From the NCBI GenBank assembly GCA_973851085.1, contig OZ316776.1:13578001-13642000 (forward strand): DNA of 64,000 bases, given 5' to 3'. The stretch is from Ptychomitrium polyphyllum (Eukaryota). Positions 53,401 to 64,000 of this stretch are shown piece after piece. A program made the position numbers and the translations under genes. The first letter of the stretch is position 1, and every line of letters starts with the position of its first letter. The notes under the pieces are model-generated. The model did not search any database, was not told where the DNA came from, and was given only the letters and a program-made list of their open reading frames with translations.

Positions 53401-56400
53401 CTAACCATTATAACATTTTTCATATGTAAGAAAATTTTGGAACATACAACAATAATACTGAAATCTTAGAACGTATATTTGCACCACATTTAATGGATTG
53501 TATTCAATTTGGCAATAAATTTATTCTTCATCAAATTTTTAACAATTCTATATATGAAATTTAGGAATACAAATCTTATAGGTGTTTTAATAATATTTGG
53601 CACTCACACATCATATTTGCATGCATTTCACTAAGAATTTTAAATTGTTGCATAAATTAAGTCTATATTATATGTCCAAAATTGTTTATATAGAACTGTG
53701 TAGTAACACTATAAATTTATTCCACCTCAATACTTACAACACACCAAAATTAGATAGAAGAATATATTTTCCATTTAAAAAAGATTAAATTTAGCTCTCT
53801 ATGTGAAATATACAATGATGTGTAATTTGTGTATTTGAAAGTATCATGTGTATTGACAATGATTTAGTCCAAACCACCAATATACATTCATGTATATGAG
53901 CATCTTGCAATGATTGAAATTGACTACAACTTATGGTGTTGAATATTAAAGAAAATTTGAATCTTATTCTCCCTAACTTAGTTATAAGCATCCTCATAAA
54001 TTTTGGAACCAGTGGTCACCTGAATTTGTAAGTGTTAATTCATTTATCCTGAAGAGGTTTCCTTACTTACCTAAGCACCAAGGGTCAAGAAGTGAGGAAT
54101 TACCCTGAACTTCATCTCATCCACTGCTGTAAATGTAATAATACACGTACGCTACTGTGATCGCCTACTCAAAGTGCAAATATTGCATACTGTAACTGCC
54201 TGTATACAAATGCAACTTAATATCTAGTGGCATGCACCAGTGATGTGCCATATTGTGTTTGTTAGTGTGGACATTGCATTAACTACAAGCCATCAAATTA
54301 TGACTCTGGGATCATCATGGTACTAACAGATCACATTGCGGTGATAACACTCTCAGTTTTTATCATACTTAAGTTAACTTACCTCATTCTCATTTCTGAT
54401 GTTTCAACTCTTTGTTGATGAAGCTGGCATTGAATATGAAAATGATGAACACCCAGGGAAATGATGGCCCCATTCCATGTTCGCTTTGCAGTGGCTGTTA
54501 CACAGCCACCACCCCTGTAACTAGAATTCGAGTACAGTAATTATGCACTCCCTCACCCTAGCTGCAGCCAAGAATGATGACTGCAAGTAACTTACCTGAC
54601 TCAACCAAGTGACACTGATCATACTGACACACACTGAGCTGACTTCTAAATTTGCTGCTGATTTAATACCTGGTGACATAGGACTTTTATGAAATTATGT
54701 TTAAAAGAAAAAACAAAAATCCTTCGCTGGAAAAGAAAGAAGAAGCACAGTACAACAGCAATGACCATCATAACAGAACCTGTGGGTTAAAAGACATTCA
54801 TGTGTAAGGTTCCTTTTGTGACAATCCTTTTTATTAGACTCAGCATATTAGCACATTCACATTCAGAAATAGGGTACGTGATTATGTATCATAGTCTTTC
54901 CTGCAATAGTAAAAGATCACTTAATGATTTATTAGGTATATTCATACTAAATCAAATTTAAGTCTAAATTGATTTTAATTGTTAAGAAATTTCTTGAATT
55001 TTGAGTTGCACCAATTTTTAATCAACAAAATATATGTTGTAGTGAAGTTGGCCACAAAGTTGTAAGTTACTAAAAAATTATTTATATGAAGACAAGTATT
55101 CTTTTGAAATGCACAATGAGTTTATTTCTAAATATTAAGCTTGCTTGAGATTTTAAGTATGGATCTAAAATTTGGATCATTGTTGTAGTCATAGAAATCT
55201 TGAAATTGAAGATAAACTTGCTTGCATATATTGGACCAAATGAAAAAAATAGTAGGTTAATTATGTGACATCAATTTAATGACATATTTCACAAACTTTT
55301 ACTAGGACATAAAAGACTCATGCTTTGTTATATGCATGATGTTTGTATTGAAAGAGAAGTTAGATGGCAATATAAATCTAATGATGAGTGCCATATAATC
55401 TAAACTTATCTATTATAACATATAAGTGTATATAAAAACAATGCAAAGATAAAAAATTTCAAAAGATATTATTTCAGAATATGTTTATTTTTTTCTCACT
55501 TCATTCTTTAATGTGAGGAATATATTGTTATAGAATAGAAGTTTTAATAATGCAAAAAATACATGAATCTACCATTCAACCATCAAGGATTTTTAAAAAC
55601 CAAGTGCTTAAAAACTAGCCTCATCTTCAAGCCCACATATTACAAATCTATGTTCCAAAAATAAAGTCTTTTTTATATAAAGATATCAACAACTCAAAGT
55701 ATATGATAATAAATTTAACTTTATAGATAATTAACAATTTTTTTTATTTTTTTATTTATTTATTTATTTATTTATTGTTTTTGTCTTAGACTTAAATTAG
55801 AAACATAAATTTTTGAAAATTTTATTTTAAACCAAAAAAATTGAAGGTTTAATAAAAGTTCATTGATGTATATTGTATAAGATTTCTATTGTTTTTTAAT
55901 GGTAATTTGAAGTCCATTCAATGTATTGTATATAAACTTCTATTATGATTTTGAAATGTTAAACATCTTTTAAAACATGCTTAATAATTCTTCATCTTAA
56001 AAGAATTTAAGTTATATTCATTTCAACATTAAATCTATAATAAACTAAATTTTTATTTACAAAATTATATATGGAAGTAAAGTATCTTAACTCAAATAAG
56101 TAGCATTGTGAACTTTGTGCATTAAGCTTAAATTTTGCATCATAACAACATGTAAATGTAGAAGGTTCTTCAATTTAAGTACATTAAAAAATTTACATTA
56201 ATAGGTTTATGTTAGTTTTCAAACTTCCATAAATTCATGTATGTTAAATCATCATTTATAGATTTCAAAAGGTCCAAAAATAGCTAAAACTAAAAAATGT
56301 GATAAAAAAGTTGGAATAATATAGTTACTAACTATTCTGTAATCTTACTTGCATGAAACAAAGTGACAAGCAGGGATGCGAAATTATCAAGTGGGACAAC

Positions 56401-58976
56401 AGGTCTTATATTACTATTGGAAATTGTCACCATAGTGAGTATAAATGAAACTCTTTCAGCTTGTATATGGTAGCATATAAATGACCACTTCTGGCCAATT
56501 AGGCTAATGTAGGGTCTAAGTTAGAGGAGATAGTGGAAAAACAGTATGTGTATAATATCCAAGTAGAACCATAACCTCAGTTTTCTTTGCAAAGGGAAGC
56601 AAAATGGAGTTTGACCTTGTCTTTCTCTTCTCTGGGACAAGCAAAGTCTTTCCATGTGTGGGATCCATGTCCAGGGACAACTTGGGACCCTTCAACCTCA
56701 GGGTACCCTCATCCAGCACCTGTAGTTCCACATTTGGACTAGGGAATTCATGTGCTTTCTGTGCCAGCAGAGGGATAGAAACAGTGGCAACCAAAGAAAA
56801 GACAGCTTGAGAACATGAGAGTTGACCCCTGGAATGTGCACAGGTTATGCAGACAATACATCAGTTCTGGCACGATGAATGACCAGTAGTGATCTTGGTT
56901 CATGGATCTAATGTGGTGTAGAAAATGGGGATGGAATTAGGTCCGTGTCACACGACCAGGTGCCTCCATGGGGAGCGGGGAGGGAATGCCAAATATTGGC
57001 TGAGGAAGGGATCAGATATGGCGCAAGGACACAACATCTCACGAGAGAAGCAAGGAAAGCTAGGGCCAGGGCGGGGGGGCCAGGTGGGGGACGGACAGAG
57101 GACGCTTGCATCACTCTGTTGCGGGCCCACCGCAGCCCGGCCGCCGTACACGTCCACGCTGGATGCTCCATGCTCTGGGCGCTGGGCAGGCCTGTGGGCG
57201 CACCCGCAGATCACATCGGTGAAAGTCTCCCCTACAGCCTCCCCCTTTCCCCCTCCTTTCCCCCCGCTCCGAGAACGACCCCGATCGACCCAGACCAGAG
57301 CAAGAGAACTAGCGACATGAGGGGGGGGGGGGGGATGTGATGTTGCTCTGGCACTCTTGATCCCCCCCATCCCCTCCCAACACCCCCCAACGCCCCCCAA
57401 CGTCGTCATCTGTCCGTTTCATTCCGGTTCTAGTGCACTCTGGTGCTACAGTCCAAGACTTTCCGTAGTACCATTCTACCCCATTATACCCTCTAGCATG
57501 CTCAGGCTATAAGTTCGTTCGTAGTCGTACCACACTCATCCCTGCGCTGCCCCGGTGAGCCCAGAGCCCAGAGTCCCCTGCCTCGTTATCTTTTTCTTTT
57601 ATCTTTATGTTTTTCTCGTTTTCCTTTCCTTCCCGATGCTGGCCTCCTCCCTCTCTGTGCGAGCCATGTACGCCAGGCTACGTTCTTGATGTCATGTAGT
57701 AGTTGCTGCTGGTGGGGTGTAGGCGCAAGCGAGGCATGAAGGAACTTAGCTGCAGGGAGCAGCTACATGAGGCTCCTCATCATTGCCATCAACACACTGA
57801 GCTGTGGTCCCCCTGCTGCATGCTGCAGCCTGAGTGGGATCCATATATCACATAGCACTGTCCTCTGCGCCCTAGTGTCTCCAATTGTTGTCTTGTCACC
57901 ACGGCTCCACTGCCCGCGCCCACCCCTGCACCATCGCTAACCCCCCTTACCTTGCCTGCAGACTGCGTCGTACTCAGCCCAGGGCCGGCCGGCTTCAACC
58001 CTTCACCGGGCATCCATTTCTACGTAAACATATAGTTACTCATATATCCCTTAGCTGAGAACCGGCCCCCTGTACGTTGTGTGCGTGGCAGTTAACTTGC
58101 AGCGCTCACCAGTTTACAACCAATCTGCTCAGTCGCTACTCTCCGATGCCATATCAGCCCCTGAGTGCCTCACTCTCACTGCCTGCGCGCTCTCTACCTC
58201 AATCCCAGTCCCTCTCTGCTGTCAATCGTTCTCTGTGGAGGACGTGGGGCGAGTGATCAGTAGTACTATTAAGTATTCGGAGGTGATCGTGATTTCACTT
58301 CCTTCGGAATGTAACTTGGAGCCCTACTTCAGACGCATTGAATCTGCAATATTGTTATTGCTGATACGAGTTTCGATTTTTGGCTCTTCTACCACGGTTG
58401 TTGTTGCTGTTATTGTCGTTGTTGTCGTTGATGCCCATCTGGGTACCAGGGTACTGTAAGAGCTCATTAATATTCACAGTCGATAGGTCGTTTCTACACA
58501 ATGCGAGCGATCAAGTTCTTCTGGGAGAAGTAATTGGAGTTGTAGTCTAGCTTTCGTGGGCTGCTCATGTGCTGGAAGCGGGGGAATTAAGTGAGTTTCT
58601 TTGAGGAAGAGTGAGGTAAAGTGAGGCTAGGTGGTTTGTTCGCATTGCTGAGGAGTATTTTCATGTATCATTGTGGTGTAGTGCGAGAAACAAGACGTCA
58701 TAGATCTCTACCCCATGCTTTTCCACTCGTGGACTCTCGTTGCTAATATACCCAAACGCATGAGTCGGTGCTGCTGGTGACCGAAAGCGCCACGCTTTAC
58801 ACGAAGAACGCCAAGTTCTTTCTGCTCCCGGTCATGGTGATTTTAAGAATCACTCATATGCAGATAAGGCAAGATCGTTGAAGTTGCAGCAACGCTGAAT
58901 GGTTTGCAGTGAATGTTGAGAGTGTTTCTGAAAGGAGTCTTCGAGTTTTCGAGGCTACTCAAATTAGTCTGAGGCT

Positions 58977-61900
58977 ATGTCGGGAGGTTGTACGTCAAAT
59001 CTTGCCGCCCCAGTGTGGCTGTTGGGTTTCTTGCTTATGATTTTATCGTTTTTGAGCTTTCAGTGCTCAGCCACAACAATTGCCGATGAAGGTATAAGTT
59101 CCTCATTCAACTCTAATCGTGCAGCACCTCGAGTCTAATAATGATATCTCAGGGTTATCAAACATTGCATTCTCATGGAATGTGGGGTAGCCGTCCCTGT
59201 GGAGGAGATTTGTACATCATTTTCCTGAAGTTAGGATTCAACGACATAAGCAACTGGGGACCAGATAGAGTTCTTGAGTTAACGTTGAGATGGGTCAATC
59301 CTTTTTAGAGTCATAAACTGAGCGTAATATACCACAACTGCTTGTTAGTGGGAGCTTTATCGATCGTTAGAGAAATACATTTTTTCTAATGTTCACATGT
59401 GTTGTCGTTGCGCAGTTTCTGCATTACTTGAACTCAAGAGGGGTTTTGAGAACGGTGAAGCTGAGCTCAACAACTGGAAAGAGGGAAGCCAGAGTCCATG
59501 CCAGTGGCGAGGAGTAACATGTGATAATATCACATTTCTGGTCACGACCTTGTAAGTCTGCACTTTATCATTATGTTTTCTCGATTGTGCTGGAAGGCGA
59601 GACGAAAATGAGTTCGCCGTCAAACCTACTCAACTTGAGTTTTCTCTCTACATGTATCAACAGATCTCCTACGTGTACCCAATAGTAGAATTCACATTGT
59701 CACCTCTTAACATTCTGCCCAATTTGGTGTTGTAAACCATGGAGAGTGCAGTCAGTAAATTCTGCTTTTCTGTAGAATGTCAACCCTAGGACCTTAACAT
59801 CATGCCTGAGCCGAGGAAAGTTCGAGGTTCCTGTCGCCTCATTATGTTTCAAGCTTCTTATTCTGAATGCATTTTTCAATTACACAGTCTTGGTGTTTGA
59901 TTGCAATCTTTTATGGAGCTTTTTACAATTTAGCGGTTACTTTACTGATTGGCCGAATTGACGTTTATTGGTAATTGTTAATCACTGTAGTCTGTTCTTG
60001 CAGAAACCTCTCCATGCTTTCTCTTGCAGGGGAAATTTCTCCATCGATTGGCAATTTACATAGTCTACAGCATTTGTGAGTAATTCAAAGTCTATATCTA
60101 CTGTAAGAGCTCACGTGATTTGATTTGCCTTGCTCTGGACATGCAGTTTCTGACCTTTTTGTATCGTTTCAAAAATATTATGACATCGTGCGTTGCTGCA
60201 CTGGTTACCTTCTAATACGGACAACCTCTCAAGTGCACACAATCCTCAAGATTACTAGTGATGAAAGTATTTTGTGTGTGCAGGGATCTGAGTGAGAATA
60301 ATATTTCTGGACAGATTCCTGCGGAAATCAGCAATTGCATAAGCTTGGTTTACCTGTAAGCTGTTTGTGGAACTCCAGCCGTGCGACTATTGCTTATATC
60401 AGCAGATCATTACAAAACTTGAACTAGAACCGCAAGCATTGTGCACGACACTTACAGTAGATAGATGACAGCTCTCTTTGAGACAGTTCTTTGTTATGTG
60501 CGTCTTAACTTGCCTCAATATGTTGTATTGGATGCTTATTTAAATCCTTACAGGAATTTTTCGTGGAACAATCTGGCTGGTGAAATTCCCTACCTCATGT
60601 CTCAGCTCCAGCATCTAGAGTTACTGTAAGTCGCTATACTTTTGGCATTTGCTTTATGTCCTGTATGTTTCGGAAATTGTGGAATTCCTCTCTAGAATTT
60701 TAAACCTCAAGAAGTCATAGCTTGTTGAGTAATGTGCAATGATCTGCAGGTCTTTGGGAAACAATCATCTCACAGGGCCGATACCTTCGACGTTTTCGAG
60801 TCTTATAAACCTGAGGCATTTGTAAGCGTTTCGATGGTTCCGAACTCCTGTTTTACACATATATCTGTTTTTGTGGTACAACTCAATGATACTTGTACGC
60901 CATTCAGTGATTTTGTTTTGTATCCTTACATGGTTTTGAGAGACATGTGCATGGTTTATCAGGGACCTCCAGGCGAATGAGCTGTCGGGATCTATACCGT
61001 CCTTAATTTATTGGAGCGAGTCTCTTCAGTATCTGTATTTCTCTCACTTAATTTCTGTGTTTATCTATCTGGATTTATGTGTCAATTGGGGAAGGCGATC
61101 ATTTCAGAATGTCGTTGAATACGAGCTACATTAACGTGGTACTTATAAAAATGATATTTGTCACTGGCCTTTGTGCAGAATGCTCAGGCAAAATTACCTT
61201 ACTGGAAGTTTGTCGGCTGACATGTGCCAGCTTACTCAACTTGCGTACTTGTAAAGCACCTCTACTTTGTTCTGTATTCGTCAATTTTAGTTCAGGACTT
61301 CGAAGTCAGATTCGATCCTTCTTAAGTACTATGATCAGGATGAGCCTTCAATTGTTGCTTGTGAAGGAAATTATATAGCAAACGCATTCTAGACTGATGC
61401 GAAGTCGGTCTAATGATGTATATAGCCTTGAACACGGTGTAATGTGCATTGCAGCAATGTACGCTTCAACAACCTCACAGGACCAATACCGGACGGAATT
61501 GGAAACTGCACCTCCTTTCAGATATTGTATATTTTCTGCCCTCTTGCAAATAATTAGTACATTCATAGGTGCTAATAGTTGATTGGTGCAATGCCTTCTC
61601 TTTGAAGCTTTTAGTTCAGGTAGTTCTGAAAGTTCTTCAACATTTTCTTTGAGATATATACCTGTACAATCTATAAGAATTCTTGGTACGTCCTCTTGAC
61701 TTCAGTGCCATGTTGGATCCCAGGGACCTGAGTTACAATGACCTGACTGGAGAGATCCCCTATAACATCGGTTACCTCCAAGTGAGCACTTTGTAAGTGC
61801 ATTGAGCTTCAACTTCAAAGCTGTCTCGTCTCAATTGTTTACTGAAGTACGTATTGTTCAGCATGAATAAATATGTATACACGCAATAGTACTGACCAGT

Positions 61901-63828
61901 AGAGCTCTTAATCAGCACTGGTTGTCATCTTCCAATCTAACGTCTAAGTCAAACGTTTCACATTATTAGCATGCATTTTGACAGAGCGTTCGATTCAGCG
62001 ATGGAATTTTTGTTTCCTTGAATTATTCTTGCTGAGGCATGGTCAACTTTATTGTGCGTAGATCTTTGGAATCAAACAAGTTCAGTGGCCGAGTTCCAGA
62101 TGTTCTTGGGCTCATGCAAGCACTGGTTATCCTGTATGCCCCAACCTCTTCTCGATTTCCAGCGTATGCAGCAAATACAAAAGTTTGTTAGCGGATTATT
62201 CCTAAGAGAGTTTCTTTTAATATTTGTTGTAAAATACAGGATGACCATCGTTTTCTTGTGTGCGTTTTCTTTAGAGATTTGAGCTCAAACCGTCTTGAAG
62301 GTCCCATTCCGCCGATTCTTGGAAACTTGACTTCAGTGACCAAATTGTAAGTCCATCACCAACTTGTTGTAATCTGTACATGCAAGGCCTGTTTCTAGCT
62401 TACTGATACCAATATCAGTGCAATCTCTACTATAGTAAATCAAAAGTTCTTCCATGTAAATCACATTTCGTAGTAGGTTTGCTATCTGTTAAATAGCTGT
62501 TAACCTGTCCTTCTCAGGTACCTAGACAACAACCGATTGACGGGTTCGATTCCTCCGGAGCTAGGCAATATGACTCTATTAAACTACCTGTAATTCACGA
62601 TCCCATAATGCTTGTTGCTTGAAAACATTCGTACGTATATTCAATGACAGTCACCAAACAAGACCCTGATTTTCGTTTTGGTGGTGCATTTATCGTAACC
62701 TTTATTTCACTTTACCGTCCTATTATTTTCAGAGAAGAATACCTGACGTCTCCTGGATGTGACTACGTTTATCTAGAGAGTTGAACAATAATCAACTGAC
62801 TGGCGAAATACCTTCTGAGCTGGGCTGCCTTACAGATCTTTTTGATTTGTAAGTACCTTTCATCTTTTGCAAGTACATATTATTAACAATTAGTGTACAC
62901 TGGCACATTTGCTGAAGGAGCACAAGTTTAAATGTAGTTCAGGACATGCTGTCTACTATTTTGTACGATCCTTAAGATAATCAGAATATTCGTTTTTTGA
63001 GGAATTTTAGTCACAGATTTAACTGAATCCAACAGAACTTGGCTGCAGCCGGTTACGATGGCAGATTTATTCCTTGGTGAATTCACTGTCAAATATTTCT
63101 TGCAGTTCATTCGAGTAGAATTAAAGTGTTAAACATTCTGTAAGCGGGAAGTCTAGTCTGGGCTTTAGATGTAACCTCTCAACTATCACTAATGATCTGT
63201 ACTAGTGATGTTTGTTTGTGCTAATTTAGCCAATCTCTTACAAGAAGTTCGGACTGGCTAATTGATACAACGGATTCTAAAAAAAGAAAGAATAAAAACC
63301 AGATTCTCTTCATGGAATCAAGATGTATAGCCTCTTAAAACTCGAGTATGACCTAGGTGTCTTCTGGGTATCAGATGCATATCACCTCAGTATAACCCGT
63401 GTATCCAAATGAAAATGTTATCCAAGGAACCTGAATTGCTCCTCTAGCCATGGCAAAGTATGCTGATCTTTGTTCTGACAAGAAATCAACACTGATATGT
63501 ACGTGCATGACAGGAAGCTTTCTGAGAATGGATTGACAGGCCCTATACCTGAAAATATTAGCTCCCTTGCAGCCTTGAACTTCTTGTAAGCAGAGCTATC
63601 TCCTCATCAATGTACAATATTTGCCATTTGTGGAGACAAAACTAGGCTAGGTATAATGAGGTTTTCAAAGCTGGTACTATATGCACTTCCACAGAAAAGA
63701 AAATTAATAGATTGAATGATTGATTTAAAATTAATTATTTATGGAATCATACGCAGGGATTTGCACGGAAACAAGCTGAACGGCAGTATCTTACCAGATC
63801 TTCAGAAACTAACTAATCTGACAAGCTT
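58977..63828 (+). CDS. ERECTA: ERECTA-family LRR receptor-like kinase, 5' part (16 exons seen; continues beyond the window)
   Basis: Exons 58977-59091 (signal peptide), 59416-59551 (LRRNT, SPCQWRGVTCDN), then one-LRR exons 60004-60075, 60284-60355, 60554-60625, 60750-60821, 60963-61034, 61179-61250, 61455-61526, 61724-61792 (69 nt), 62062-62133, 62275-62346, 62518-62589, 62777-62848, 63514-63585, 63757-63828. ER-type strings LIYWSESLQYL, DMCQLTQL, GNCTSFQILDLSYN.LTGEIPYNIGYLQV, LGLMQAL. Confidence 0.93.
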
Positions 63829-64000
63829 GTGAGTGCCTTCTTGTTTTACATTTCTTGACGTCATTAGTATCTGCTGAAATGTTTGTCGGTACCCCACAAT
63901 CCTCTGTCCCTCATCTTAACAGGTGTAAATGTTTCTTTTCACCTCTGTAGACTAATTCCCTCCTACTTCATAGCACCTCTGAGGCAAGAGTGCACCTTTT

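Noticed and set aside
56908..57409. 130-150 aa ORFs in the GC-rich island
   Set aside because: Low-complexity, present on both strands, no homology signal; better explained as promoter DNA.

Overview
Eukaryotic, intron-rich plant DNA. It looks like a non-seed plant such as a moss; this is inferred from gene structure and Tcn1-type retroelements, not proven. Three host genes are present: a 19-exon bifunctional imidazole glycerol phosphate synthase hisHF/HISN4 (8766-15116,+), a HINT histidine-triad gene with an intronless core (40936-41349,+), and the 5' part of an ERECTA-family LRR receptor kinase with 72-nt LRR exons (58977->window end,+). The rest is mostly nested, decayed LTR retroelements: two chromodomain Ty3/Gypsy elements (A: <1-6039; B: 31246-37473), two solo LTRs with perfect 5-bp TSDs, a minus-strand host element (30021-39770), and a gag relic whose apparent LTR carries ~306-bp inverted arms. 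Main observations: (1) a relic retropepsin + C5 cytosine DNA methyltransferase (motifs I, IV, VI, VIII) at ~28930-30020, probably a retrotransposon that carried its own DNMT; (2) a small unannotated third ORF between chromodomain and PPT, conserved at protein level in elements A and B; (3) co-varying self-priming PBS/R complementarity, a shared -1 frameshift signal, and perfect heat-shock elements in family-A LTRs; (4) two long fold-back inverted repeats. A 100-N assembly gap lies at 44386-44485. All alignments were done by eye.
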